Assembly: GCA_020631485.1 (NCBI GenBank)
Contig: JAHDHC010000003.1
Location: 10,792-74,791 of the forward strand
Direction: 5' to 3'
DNA: 64,000 nt
Source: Candidatus Altimarinota bacterium
GTDB lineage: Bacteria; Patescibacteriota; Gracilibacteria; BD1-5; UBA6164
The notes under the pieces were generated by a model. It was not told the origin of the DNA. It did not search any database and worked only from the letters and a program-made list of their open reading frames with translations. This document shows positions 47,897 through 59,727 of the stretch, in pieces. The position numbers and the translations under genes are program-made. Each line of letters opens with the position of its first letter. Positions within the stretch are counted from its first letter, which is position 1.

Positions 47897-49351
47897 TTAG
47901 TCTTCAAATCCAGGAGGAGTCATTTTGTCCTTCCATCAGGCATTTTTCTCAAATACATGAGCAATTTTTAAAAGTTTTTCTTCTTCTAAGCGAGGAGCGA
48001 GCATTTGAAGTCATACAGGAAGAGTTTCTTTTTCGGCGTCTTCACTTTGAGCGAAACCACACGGAACTGATATACCAGGAAGTCAAGCAAGTGCAGAAGG
48101 AACTGTATACATATCTGCAAGGTACATTTTGAGAGGATCTTCTGCACCATCTCAGAGTTTCCAAGCAACGCTTGGTGATGCAGGTCCAACTATAATATCT
48201 ACTTCTGAAAATACTTTTTCAAAATCTTGTGTTATAAGCGTTCTGACTTTTGCAGCTTTCATAAAATAGGCATCATAAAAACCTGATGAGAGAACATGGC
48301 TTCCAACAACTGACCTTCTTTGCGATTCTTCTCACAGGCCTTCTCATCTATTGTTATGATATAGTTGATCCATACTTTCATATGCTTTTTGTGAATGTTT
48401 TCCGTAACGGATTCCATCAAGTCTCGCGAGATTCGTAGAAACTTCTGCAGGGACAATGATATAATATGCTGCAATTGCATATTTTGTCATTGGAAGCGAG
48501 ACTTCTTGTATCTCAGCTCAGAGTGATTGGAGCTGTTTTATGGAAGCATCTATCGCTTTTTTTACGCCACTATCTAATCCTTCATCAAAATATTCTTTTG
48601 GGACTCATATTTTTATTCATGAGAGAGAGTTGCTTGTCCATATTTCAGGATTGAGTATATGTTTCCCTGGGAGAGAGGTATTTTCTTTATCATCTTCTCA
48701 GTTCATGATTTCATATAAAAGACCAGCATCACGAACAGTTTTTGTGATAGTTCAAGGACAATCAAAGCTTGAGGCCATTGGAAATACTCAAAAACGAGAG
48801 TTTCTTCCATAACTTGGGCGAAACCCTACAACTCCACATAGACTTGCAGGTTGCCTGAGGCTTCCTCAGGTATCAGTTCCTAGTGATGCTGGACAGAGTC
48901 CAGCTGCAACTGCTGCGGCTGATCATCCTGATGATCAACCAGGAATTCTGTTATTTCCCCAAGGGTTGACTGTATTTTTTTGAGTAGAATTTTCTGTTGT
49001 ACTTCCCATTGCAAATTCGTCCATATTGAGTTTCCCAAGAGAGCTCATTCCTGCGCTTTTAAGTTTATGGATAATCGTTGCATCATAAGGAGGACAAAAG
49101 TCTTGGAGGATAGCACTTGCTCAACTTGTTTTTTTGTCTTTCTGTGCAAAAATATCTTTTATTCAAATAGGGGCTCATGCAAGGGTATCTTCAAAATGAG
49201 TATCTGAGTTAAAGTCATGAGTTGTGAGAAATGAATTCACCTGAGAATCATATTTTTTGATTCTTCCCAAAAAGTAGTTATGGACTGTTTCTGCTGAATC
49301 TTTTCCAGTTTTAATTCTTTCGATTATTTCTCTGAGACTAAGGTCTTTCAT
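47897..49351 (-). CDS. gatA: Asp/Glu-tRNA amidotransferase subunit A
   Basis: [42 protein letters not shown]..., amidase signature [45 protein letters not shown]. 484 aa. Confidence 0.93.
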
Positions 49352-49485
49352 ATAAATATTTGTAATGTGCAAATAAAAAAAATTATAGTTATAAATTTCT
49401 AATTTGAAAATCAAATATAAAAAAACTTCCTTGAGTTTTTCTATATTCTTACTAGTATATATATAATATTTTTTTATATGTATTG

Positions 49486-49686
49486 ATGAATAAAATAGGT
49501 GTCGTAAGTCTGATTATCGGACTCATAATTGTGATTTTTCCAAAGATCATAGCATATGTAATTGGAGGAATTTTTATATTCATAGGTATTTCTTCACTTG
49601 CTTCAGGAAGAGTATTTTCGAAATCTTCACAGAATAATGATTATTTTAGATTTTGAGACTACAAGATCTATAAAAATGGGAAATAG
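49486..49686 (+). CDS. small membrane protein (66 aa)
   Basis: MNKIGVVSLIIGLIIVIFPKIIAYVIGGIFIFIGISSLASG gives two TM helices. Its stop directly abuts the next gene's ATG. Confidence 0.45.
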
Positions 49687-50685
49687 ATGTCATATATCAA
49701 TTCCTTTTTTACATTTCTCAGTCTTATCATAAGTTGTTGAATCCCCATAGTTTTTTGGGGTTATTTTTTTTCTTTTTCATGACCTAATCAGGGGTCAAAA
49801 AATATGTACTTCTATGGTATATGAGCCTGAATGATTAGTACTTTTGTCCTAGTATGACTCAATAAATTTGCAGAAAATATTCCTCATATATTTCAGTTAT
49901 TTCCCCAACTTCACTGACTTACTTACTGAGCCTCATATTTTCAACTATTTCTCTCCTTCCAGGTTTTTTTTATTATACTTCTTCTAATGTTCTTCTTATT
50001 ATCACGCATAATATCTTCAGAGCAAAAGAATAGTTTTTTTATATTTTTACTGAGTTTTATTTCACTCAGCTGCATAGTATTATTGTTTCTTGGAGTATTT
50101 TATATATTTCATATATGAGAATCTTTTGGCAATTGACTTCTATGATCTGCAGTTCAAGGGCCTATTTTTTTGAGTTATGCTTTCAATACTATAGGTCTCC
50201 TACTTATGTACTATATAAGTATCGCAATACTCGAAGAGTGATCAAAGTATTTTGCTTTCCTTGCCTGAAACAAGTATTCATTCTGATCAATAAAAGAAGG
50301 TGTTTTATTTGCTATTTTCATAGCGCTTGGTTTTTCATTTTTTGAAAATCTGCTCTATGTTTTTCGAGTATATGAAGAAGTATGATATTCAAGTATTTTG
50401 TGAGAAACGATTGTACTTCGTTCGATTTTTTCGCTTTTTGTTCATAGTTTCTGTGCTGCGATTTTTTGATACTTTTTTGCAAAAATTTATTCAGGAAGTA
50501 ATATGAAAAGTATAAAAATACTCTCTCAATTAGTATTGAGTCTGAGTATAGCTATTATTGTCCATGCAAGTTATGATATATCTATGACATTGTTGTGATG
50601 AATGGTTGCAATAGTATATTTTATTTTTTGATATCTGTATATATCAAAATTACTATTTAGTGAAGCTATTGAATGAAAAAATTAG
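49687..50685 (+). CDS. PrsW family intramembrane metalloprotease
   Basis: Polytopic. ILEEGSKYFAF (an EExxK-type motif), ALGFSFFENLLY, RSIFSLFVHSFCAAIFG, HASYD. Frame checked line by line. 332 aa. Confidence 0.7.
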
Positions 50686-51569
50686 ATTTAGCAGATGTCA
50701 TATGAGAGGAAGACAATAGTTCATGCGTTCAGAAAAAAGTATGATATGTCGCTATTATTGGTAGACCAAATGTAGGGAAATCGACTTTTTTAAATACTCT
50801 TATAGGAGAAAAGGTATCTATAACTTCGCAAATCCCGCAAACAACGCGTAATAAGATCCTTGCCATTCATAATACTCAAACGGCACAAATTATTTTTCTA
50901 GATACTCCATGAATCCACAAATCAGAAAAGAAGTTTAATGAAGAAATAGTTTCACAAGCACTTTCTGCGATATGAGATGCTGATCTCGTTTTGTATTTTA
51001 TTGATGGATCAAGGCCGAGCGGAGAAGAGGAAGCATATGTCTGAGATATACTTTCAAAAACTGATACTCCTATTATTCATGTTATCACAAAAAGTGATCT
51101 AAATCAGAAGATAAACTTTGATAATCAGGCTATGCGTATATCTTCAAAAGATAAGGCAGGGTTTGAAGAACTTCTTTTAAAAATTGAATCATATTTTTGT
51201 ACTGGACCACTTTTGTACCCAGAAGAAATATATACACAACAAAAAATACTCTTTCGAATATCAGAAATTATACGAGAAAAAGCCTTTATGCATGCAAGAC
51301 AAGAACTTCCTCATAGCATATATGTGCATGTAGAAGATATAGAAGAAACGGAGAAGATGTATAGAATATCGTCATATATTTATACAGAGTCAGAAAGCCA
51401 AAAGTATATCATAATAGGCAAGTGAGGAACATGTATAAAAGATATCTCTACTGAATCAAGAAAAGAGCTCGAGCAAGTTCTTCAAAAAAAAGTATTTTTA
51501 ACTGTTCGAGTAAAAGTACGAAAAAATTGGCGAAAAGACGAAAATTTTATCAAAAAATTGCTTAAATAG
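50673..51569 (+). CDS. era: GTPase Era
   Basis: [38 protein letters not shown] (G1/G2), FLDTPGIH (G3), TKSDL (G4), KH domain [23 protein letters not shown]. Starts 13 nt inside the previous gene. 298 aa. Confidence 0.9.
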
Positions 51570-51570
51570 A

Positions 51571-51600
51571 AAAGGAAGAAAAATATATTTTTCTTCCTTT
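51571..51600. terminator. bidirectional terminator between era and the DsbA-like gene
   Basis: AAAGGAAGAAAAATA/TATTTTTCTTCCTTT perfect palindrome. Confidence 0.65.
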
Positions 51601-51617
51601 TCTATTTAATTTCAAGC

Positions 51618-52700
51618 TTATGAATTTCCAAGGAGTTTATTCACAGTTTCTATAAACTTGTCTGCAGGATATGCTCCTGATACTATTTCGTATTCTCAAG
51701 TTTCGTTGTTTATAAGGACATTTCCTGGTGTTCCAGTGATTCCAAATGTTTCAGCTCAAGTAGCAAACTTTTGAGCGACTATGTCTTTTGTTTCTCCGTT
51801 ATCAAGACATGACTTTATCGTATCTCTGTCTGCTCATTGCTCTGCAGCAAAAGCAAGCATAGCTTCTTCACTGTTATCTCAATCAGTCAATACTTGTGAA
51901 ATCATCGAGTTAAAGAGTTCAGCTCATCAGAGTTTTCCTGCACATTCGAGTATTTCTGCTGCTTTTTGTGTTGCAGCTCCTCCCACTCATACGTAGTTTG
52001 AAGATGTTTTATTGAGTTCTTCAGGAAATTTTGCAAGTACCGCGTTTGCTGTCCCGTCAGTTTCCATTTTTTTACAATAACCACAATTGACATCAGTATA
52101 TTCAACCCAAGTGATCTTTGCATCATCTGGTCATTTAAAGTAGGCTGTTTCTTTTATCTCAGTAAGTACTTCAGGTTCAGCTATAAGGAAACCATTGTCA
52201 CTTCTTTCTACAAAAGGGTTGTGTGATGCTCAGAGTGCAAGAGAGAATTCACCAGAGTCGAGCGGACTAAGATACTGGGCGAGTTCAGATCATACATTGT
52301 TTGTTGAAAAGATTGCAGCTGGAAGTGCCGTAATTCCATTTGTTTCGAGAAACTCTGAAACTCCATCTTCAGAAAATTCTCTTTCTATAAAATTAGCAGC
52401 AGCAAGTACTGGGACTCATTTAAGTTGTTCAAGTACTACATCAGTTTGACAATCAGTACACCTCTTGTCATCATAGATTGTAACAGTTATATCTGTTGCT
52501 ATCGGGCTTGTTTGAGTTGTTCCTGTACTTGTTTGCACTATTGTTTGCACGGGAGCGTTTGTTTTTCCGAGTTGCATTCATAAAAAGAATCCTCAAATCG
52601 CGATTATAATAAGTAGAATAATTATTATAATGTAGAGTAAATTTTGGTTTCCAGCATTTGTAACTTCTACTATTTCTTTTTCTTCACTTTTTTTAGACAT
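51618..52700 (-). CDS. membrane-anchored DsbA-family thiol:disulfide oxidoreductase
   Basis: N-terminal TM LLYIIIIILLIIIAIGGFFLG. Thioredoxin-fold active site WVEYTDVNCGYCKKM (CxxC). C-terminal FGITGTPGNVLIN (cis-Pro loop). Frame checked. 360 aa. Confidence 0.75.
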
Positions 52701-52791
52701 TGTTCCAATTATTGTTTAGGAGATAAAATCAAAAGAAAAATATTCAAATACTTTTATACACTTTTCTCTTAACTTTATCTTAAGTGTGACA

Positions 52792-52865
52792 TGGTGTTCC
52801 CAGCTGGAATTGAACCAGCGTCTACCCCTTAGGAGGGGGTTATTCTTCCACTGAACTATGAGAAC
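52792..52865 (-). tRNA. tRNA-Arg (anticodon CCT), CCA encoded
   Basis: GTTCTCATAGTTCAGTGGAAGAATAACCCCCTCCTAAGGGGTAGACGCTGGTTCAATTCCAGCTGGGAACACCA. Anticodon stem ACCCC/GGGGT, loop CTCCTAA. Confidence 0.85.
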
Positions 52866-53464
52866 TAAATACTATTTACCCAAAAATAAAATGCAACTAT
52901 AAATAGGAGTATAGACATAATCGCAAAAATAAACTTTACCTGCTTTTCGTATTGGAGGTCTTGAGAAAGTTTATCCTTTTGGTTTTTTACTGATTCAAGT
53001 TCCGAATTGAGAGCACTTTTAGATTCTTCTAAGAGAAATTGTGACTTTTTGAAATCATTGATAGAAATACTATTTTTTGCGATTTCCTCAGCTTTTCACA
53101 CACGAACTGCAAGATTTTGTATGATTTCATCTTTTTTTCATATTTCATCACGTAAATCTGCGTATATGAGAGAAAGTGAATGTTTTTCATTTCAAGTACT
53201 GAGCTCTTTTTCTTCTGGAATAGTTTGCCTTGTTGCGTAAGTATTTGTATGAGAAAAATCTGAATTTTTAGCTGTACTATTGTTGATAATAACATGATGT
53301 TTTGACTTTCATCAGTTCTTCATGTTTTCAATATCAGCTGAATGAATAGCGATATTTTTTCATTCTTTTTTGATTCTAAGTTTCCCTGATTTAATGTATC
53401 TGTCAACACTTCTAACTGATATTTGAAGCATATCTGCGGCATCTTGTCTAGTCACTGTGTACAT
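52865..53464 (-). CDS. excisionase/MerR-like HTH protein with coiled coil and C-terminal TM anchor
   Basis: MYTVTRQDAADMLQISVRSVDRYIKSGKLRIKKEGKNIAIHSADIENM is an HTH_17-like N-terminus, followed by coiled coil and then FIFAIMSILLFIVAFYFWV. A TTG at 53554 would extend the ORF by 30 aa, but it lies inside the inverted repeat. The stop TAG shares 1 nt with the 5' end of tRNA-Arg. Confidence 0.55.
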
Positions 53465-53546
53465 ATTTTTGTCTATTTGTTTGTAAATCAAAAAAAGGAT
53501 ATCGATAAAAGCTGCTTTGTCTAGTTTTTCAAGGTTTACATTCTTT

Positions 53547-53614
53547 AAATACAAATTCTAAATTAAAAGTAACAGATTATTTTTTCTGTTACTTTTAATT
53601 TAGAATTTGTATTT
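53547..53614. repeat. 29-bp perfect inverted repeat (10-nt loop) abutting the 3' end of the initiator tRNA
   Basis: AAATACAAATTCTAAATTAAAAGTAACAG-attatttttt-CTGTTACTTTTAATTTAGAATTTGTATTT. Confidence 0.9.
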
Positions 53615-53689
53615 TGGTTGCGGAGGATGGAATTGAACCATCGACCTCCAGGTTATGAGCCTGGCGAGATACCACTTCTCCACTCCGCG
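53615..53689 (-). tRNA. initiator tRNA-fMet (anticodon CAT), CCA encoded
   Basis: CGCGGAGTGGAGAAGTGGTATCTCGCCAGGCTCATAACCTGGAGGTCGATGGTTCAATTCCATCCTCCGCAACCA. The C1:A72 mismatch and CGCGG start are typical of bacterial initiators. Confidence 0.85.
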
Positions 53690-53697
53690 ATAAAAAT

Positions 53698-53772
53698 TGG
53701 TACGGCCACGGAGAATCGAACTCCGGTTGCGTGGATGAAAACCACGAGTCCTAACCACTAGACGATGGCCGC
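53698..53772 (-). tRNA. tRNA-Glu (anticodon TTC), CCA encoded
   Basis: GCGGCCATCGTCTAGTGGTTAGGACTCGTGGTTTTCATCCACGCAACCGGAGTTCGATTCTCCGTGGCCGTACCA. Anticodon stem CGTGG/CCACG, loop TTTTCAT, Glu-type D-arm GTCTAGTGGTTAGGAC. Confidence 0.8.
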
Positions 53773-53890
53773 ATATGCTTATATAAAAGCAGACAGATTA
53801 TATATATATTTTAGAAGAGTCAAATTTTTTATTTGATTTCTGGAGTAACTCTACTAGAGTACAATATAGTTAAATAATATCCACATACTC

Positions 53891-55870
53891 ATGAAAACAG
53901 AAATATATAAAAAACTCAAAGCCGCATACCCAGATCTTCGTTTTTTTGCACAAGCCGATCTGATGCAATACTTTCCTGAATTACTGAATGAACTCCTTGA
54001 AAAAGAAAAAGACTATTTTAGTGCTCTTTTAGAAACAAAGAATAGTGATATTTGTTTTGAAACTTTTGATTATAGATCTGAGCTCTCATATTTTTTTGGA
54101 ATAATTGAACATATCAACTCAGTTCACTGATCAGACATATCTAGAAAAATTATCCAAGATTTTGAGCCTGAATATATGAAGTTTTCAAATGAACTTGCTT
54201 ATTCAAAGAGATATTATGAGATGCTCAAAATCTGTCAAGAGACGGACTCTCTTGATACTGAACAGTCAAAGATCATTTCCGATGCGATCGAAGCATATGA
54301 ACTCCGTTGAATCCACCTTGAAGAAATAGAACAGAGCCGTTTAAAGAAAATAAACGAAGATATTTCAGAGCTACGTCGCATGTTTTCTGTAAATGCACTA
54401 AAAAGTGAGGAGGCACTTTCTTGTCATATAAAAGATACTGAAGTTATACATGAAATGCCAGAAGCACAGAGGAAATCAGCAAAATTAGCAGCAGAAGATA
54501 GGGATCTTGATGGTTATTATTTTTGATCTTCAATCTCAGAATTTATAAACTTGATGAAATATTGTTCCGATTCTCAGATAAGAAAAAAAATATCACAAGA
54601 GCGTAATAGTGTTGCATCAAACTGAGAATATGATAATAGGGATATTATTTTTAAGATATTATCACTCAAGAAAGAAAAGGCTCAGATATTGTGATACAAA
54701 AATTACGCAGAGCTATCACTTCAAACAAAAATGGCTCAAGATCCTGAGCAAGTTCTTGATATGCTTGATAAGATATCCCAGAGAGCAAGACAAAAAACCG
54801 AGAAAGAAATAGAAACTCTAAAACAGTATTTCAAACTTGATGCTCTGGAGGCTTGGGATACCAGTTATTATTTCAGAAAGTACAAAGAAGAAATATATGA
54901 TTTCGATGAAGCAGAACTCAAAAAGTATTTTGAGTATGAAAAAGTACTCTCAGGAATGTTTACAATTATGCAGAAACTCTATGACTTTGAAGTAAAAAAA
55001 ATAGAGAGTTCTCAAATATACGGTAAGCAGATAGATTATTATGAAATACACAAAGGCTGAGAACTTCTCAGTTATTTTATGGTTGATCCATATTATTCTC
55101 CTGAAAAACGTTCAGGTGCGTGGGCAAATATGATTCAAGAAAGAGACTCAGCTCATACTCCTTTTGTCGTGAATGTTTATAATATCAAAAAAGAAGCTTC
55201 GTGACCAACACTTCTCACAATGGGGGAGGTGGAAACGATGTTTCATGAGTTTTGACATGCGATGCATGCGATATTTTCGAGTTCAAAGTATAGTGAACTG
55301 AATTGATTTCAAGTAGAACGGGATTTTGTAGAACTTCCTTCTCAGTTCCATGAACATTATTGTCGTGAGAGAGAGTGATTAAAACTATTTGCAAAGCACG
55401 TAGATTCTTGAGCATCTATCCCTGAGGAACACCTAGCGACACTTGAGTCTATCGAGCACATGAGTTCAGGAAATATGACTTTGTGACAGTGTGTGTATGC
55501 CTCACTTGACATGAAATTGCATAGTATAGATCAAATACGAGATATTGCTCATATGGATGAACTCATCCTCTGACTGGTAAATGAAATTTCGTATTTTAAA
55601 AAAGAGGATGAATATAAGATGTATTGTGCCTTTTCACATATATTTGATGGTGGATACGCTGCATGATATTATAGCTACATGTGGTCAGAAATACTAGAGC
55701 TTGATATTTGGTCGAGATATAAAAAAGAATGAATTTTTTCTGATATTAGTAATGAGTTTTACAATACGATACTCTCACAATGATCAAAGAAAAAGGCGCA
55801 GGACTTGTTTTATGATTTTATGAAAAGAGATATATCGCTTGATGGTTTTTTTGCATACAAGCAACTCTAA
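53891..55870 (+). CDS. M3 family oligopeptidase (oligopeptidase A / dipeptidyl carboxypeptidase-like)
   Basis: Zinc site TMFHEFGHAMHAIF (HExxH). VELPSQFHEHY and FDGGYAAGYYSYMWSEIL blocks typical of M3A peptidases. In frame with track ORFs 53891.. and 54731... 659 aa. Confidence 0.9.
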
Positions 55871-56202
55871 AATTGCATCTCTTTAATTTTCTGTATTGTT
55901 TCTTTTTGGGAAATAATTCTATTAGAGTAGAAGCATATAATTTCTCTTTCTGTACAGTAGACAAATACTTCATGACAGAGTGTTCATAACTGTATTTTTT
56001 TGTTAATTCAGTATAGTGTACTATAGTGAATTCCATACTTTTTAGATATCCTTCGCCAGCTGCGTCTGAGAAGATAGTGTTCCATGAGACACTTTGTGAT
56101 GAGCATCGGAGCATAAGAAAAGTGAACTTGATGTTTTGAAAAAAGTTTCGATATCCTGTTGTAGTCTTTTGTTTGGATTTTGTGAGATTGAATAATCCAC
56201 AT
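55867..56202 (-). CDS. small HTH protein (111 aa), transposase-N-terminal-like
   Basis: LLRRSWRRISKKYGIHYSTLYGINKKI resembles the HTH of IS/transposase or resolvase N-termini. Starts 2 nt after the glmS stop. Its stop overlaps the peptidase stop. No catalytic domain and no terminal repeats seen. Confidence 0.4.
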
Positions 56203-56203
56203 C

Positions 56204-58036
56204 TTATTCTACTGTTACACTCTTAGCGAGATTTTGAGGTTTGTCTATATCTTTTCAGAGTTTTTTTGCAACTCATACGGCAAAAAGCCATGCAGGTACC
56301 AGTGAGCTAAAAGGAGAGAGTTGATCATGTGTTTCTTCAAGCGTTATAACATGATCGTAGATATCTTGGTGTTTGCTATTTTCATATACTATTCCTACAA
56401 CAGGAGATTTTCTTGCTTTTATCTCTTTGACGTTTGAGATCGTTTTTTCGTATATGTAGCTTGTAGCTCCAAATACAAAACAAGGGAAATCAGGTCCTAC
56501 AAGTGCGAGTGGTCAGTGCTTCAGTTCTCAGGTTGCATATGCTTCACTATGTAAATAGCTGAGCTCTTTGAGCTTGAGACTTGCTTCTTGTGCGGTTCCA
56601 TTAAGGAGTCCTCTTCCTAAGAAAAAGAAGTTTGAAAACTGAGAATATTTGTCGATAACATCTTTTAGCTTCTCTTGGTTTTCTAGCTGTCTTTGAATAA
56701 GTGCTGGGAGTTTCTCAAGTGCCTCAATGAGTTCTTTTGTTTCAGATCTTTGAAGATCTTTTTTTATACCGAGGCTTATACTTATCATAAGTAATACTGC
56801 AAGTTGTGCTATGACATTTTTTGTAGAAGCGACTCATACTTCTACTCATGCATGTGTATACATTCACGCGTCACACATCCTAGCTATAGTTGAACCAACG
56901 GTATTTACAACTCAAAAAGTATGACATCATTTCTCTTGTACTCTTTTCACTGATTCGCGTACATCAGCTGTTTCTCATGATTGAGACATAAAGATATACA
57001 AGACATCATTTTTTGGTATAAAGGTATTGTATAAGAACTCACTACTTACATGTACGCAGGCATCAATTCAAGCTATTGATTGGAGCCAGTTAACTCATAC
57101 TTGTCAAGCAAAATAGCTCGATCAACTTGCGATAATCTCCACTTTTGCATAATTTGATTCAGAAAGCTGTTCGAGAGTTTCGCTTGTAATAGTCTTTTCA
57201 GAAAAATTAATCCTTCCCGTACAAACATTTTTGAGAATCTCTGGGATTTCGTGAATCTCTTTTTCTGTAAAAGTCTCAAAGTCTCATTTGTCTGCTATAC
57301 AAAAATCCTCATCTACTTTTTCTATGTCTTTTTTTACATAGTCTCAATCACTGGTGCTAAAGATCTTGTAGTTAAGTGTATCTATTTTTATTATTTCTCT
57401 ATCATCGAGACTCACAAACTCAGGCGCATATTTTGATACAGTATTTATGTCACTTGAAATAATTAAACCATCTTCTGCGATTCAGAGTATCATAGGACTT
57501 CCGAGTTTCATTCCATATATTTCTTGTGGTTTTTGTGTATCGATAACGACGATTGAGTACGCTCCTACGATTTTTTTTGCAGCTATTTCAAGAGTTTCAA
57601 GCATATTTCCGTTGAAGCAGTCTTCGATCAATTTTATAAGTACTTCACTATCTGTATCACTATAAAAACTGTATCACTTTTTTATAAGATATTCTTTTAT
57701 ACCCAGATAATTCTCTATTATACCATTATGAACGAGATAAAATTGACTATTTTGAGATACGTGAGGATGAGTATTTTCTAGAGTTACTTCTCCGTGAGTA
57801 GCCCACCTTGTATGAGCAATTCCTCGTGCATATGTTTGAGTCGACTCAATTTCTTCTTCGATTTTGCGTGTTAAAACACTGACTTTTCCAACTGCTTTTT
57901 CTAAAAATATATCATCGGTACTATTGATAGCTACAAGTCCTGCACTATCATATCATCTATATTCAAGACTTTGAAGTCCTTCGAGTAATAGAGGAATAGC
58001 ATTTTGCTTCCCTGAATATGCAAAAATTCAACACAT
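56204..58036 (-). CDS. glmS: glutamine--fructose-6-phosphate aminotransferase
   Basis: MCGIFAY N-terminus (Gly3 is TGA, 58028-58030), RGYDSAGL, HTRWATHG, SIS domains SQSGETADV and [41 protein letters not shown], C-terminal KSVTVE. 610 aa. Confidence 0.95.
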
Positions 58037-58165
58037 ATATCCGTATTAAAAAATATTGAATGTATAGTATGATTTTGAAAACATGAGTCAATAAGCTTGA
58101 AGAAAAAGTGTTTTTTTCTTTTCCTTATAAATATGATCCTAAAGACCTAAAAAGAAGTGAAGATT

Positions 58166-58942
58166 TTATGAATTCGTACATCAAGTCCCTGTACAGCTAC
58201 AATTCACAGATACGAGTGTACCTGTATTGTCAAGTACTTGATATTCCCCTGTTCCGATAGATTTTCCAGATTCATAAATCTCTCCACAAGTCCTGTAGTC
58301 ACTATTTTGCCAAAACTCTATAAGAGGATCATTTATGAGACTGTTAAAGGTAGTACCATTTGATTGAGATGTTTCGCTTACAAAGTCATATGGTATATTG
58401 TGTCTTCCTCAATCAAATATAAATAAGTTTCTATTTGTCGAGCTTCCTCAGATCTCAAGATCTGTTGTAGAGTTTGTAGCAAGCATAATAGTTGGAAGAA
58501 TATTTTTTGCTACAGAAGAATAGTCTCATTTTAAAATAGCAATTGGATTATCTGCATTTTCTAGGCTTCAGGCTATTTGGAACTCCTGTCTTGTTGAAGT
58601 TGTAGAATAGTGATACGGTTTTTTAGTTTTAGGGTCATATACGAGCTGATCAAGAGTACTTAAAGGAACACTCTCATTCATAAGCCCCTGACTTGCTACA
58701 GCTTGTGTGTTGTGAAGAAGGGAAATACTTGATCATGGTCTTGGAAAAACTCATCTTTTTTGTTTGTAGAGTTTGAGCCCTGATGAAAGTTTTGCCACAT
58801 CGGCTTTTCTTGCTGAGTCACGAGAATCCTGGAGATTTCAGACATAAGAGTAAAATCAAATAGATGTGAGTATTACAAGGATTGTTGCAACAACAACAAG
58901 TTCCACGAGGGTGAATCAGCGAATATTTTGTACTTTTAGCAT
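58166..58942 (-). CDS. type IV pilin (prepilin with class III signal peptide), 258 aa
   Basis: MLKVQNIRG/FTLVELVVVATILVILTSIGFYSY is the canonical G-FTLxE cleavage/methylation motif. The Cys-rich C-terminus (CGEIY...NCSCTGTGC) suggests a disulfide-bonded D-region. Frame checked. Confidence 0.8.
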
Positions 58943-59052
58943 GGGGAAATATTTTTACAGTATATAAATGTGGGATTTTTGACTATTTTTTTTCAATGTG
59001 CTATTCTATAGTTTAGTATAGTGTTTTTAACTATTATTGTACAAAATCATAT

Positions 59053-59727
59053 ATGAAAAATACAAAAATAAAAAAGTTTTTTAGATTCAAACTGTGATTA
59101 TTCATTATATTAGCTTCTCTTTGAACAGTTTATGCTTCTGATTTTTTTTCATGAACTATCTTAAGTCAAAACGCAAGTTCTGTGGGGTCAAACGGATCAA
59201 ATATACAAATTATAAGTGGAGAAGAACCATGATATTGGAATGCCTGAAACAATTCTACAGTTATTTGAAACTATTTTAGATGATTTTATTACGATTCTGT
59301 TTTTTGATATTTTCAACTTGATTGGTCAGGACAAAAAGATGAAAATGTAAGTGTCGTATGATCAACAACAGCATGTTGAAACTGATACTGATATAAACTA
59401 TGAGGTTTTGCTTATAGTCCATATTATGGATTCATAGACTTTGATTATAGCAATAATATATTTGTATATTATTGTGTTGATGATAGTTCCCTTCATGGTT
59501 ACGCCTACAATGAAAATATCTGATTTCAAAACTTTGAGGGAATAGGTTTTGAGATAATAGGAGAAGTCGGAACAGTTTCTGAGGATGTTTCTGATGGGAT
59601 ATTTGTAAACGACTCTACAAAGATCAATCTAGAAAACTTCTGGGACTGAAATATTAGATCATACCTTTGATGAGATCTCATTCAATGAGAAGATGATAAA
59701 GAATCTATTTTCTACATTATTAAATAA
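59053..59727 (+). CDS. secreted aromatic/Gly-repeat protein (224 aa)
   Basis: Signal peptide MKNTKIKKFFRFKLGLFIILASLGTVYA. Repeats of the type GFYYDSVFGYFQLDW, GGFAYSPYYGFIDFDY, HGYAYNENIGFQNFEG. 18 of 30 Gly codons are TGA. Frame checked. Confidence 0.55.

Noticed and set aside
53698-53772. This tRNA as the UGA-decoding tRNA-Gly(UCA), because its anticodon loop contains TCA
   Set aside because: With the canonical 5-bp stem (CGTGG/CCACG) and 7-nt loop TTTTCAT, positions 34-36 are TTC (Glu). The D-arm is also Glu-type. The UCA suppressor-like tRNA-Gly must lie outside this window.
55867-56202. Calling the small HTH gene a mobile element
   Set aside because: Only an HTH-like stretch of about 25 aa supports it. 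There is no DDE or recombinase domain, no inverted repeats and no target duplication, so it stays a hypothetical CDS.
58037-58165. glmS ribozyme in the 5' leader of glmS
   Set aside because: The 129-nt leader is AT-rich and shows none of the conserved GC-rich core helices or sequence of the glmS ribozyme. It more likely holds the pilin terminator and the glmS promoter.
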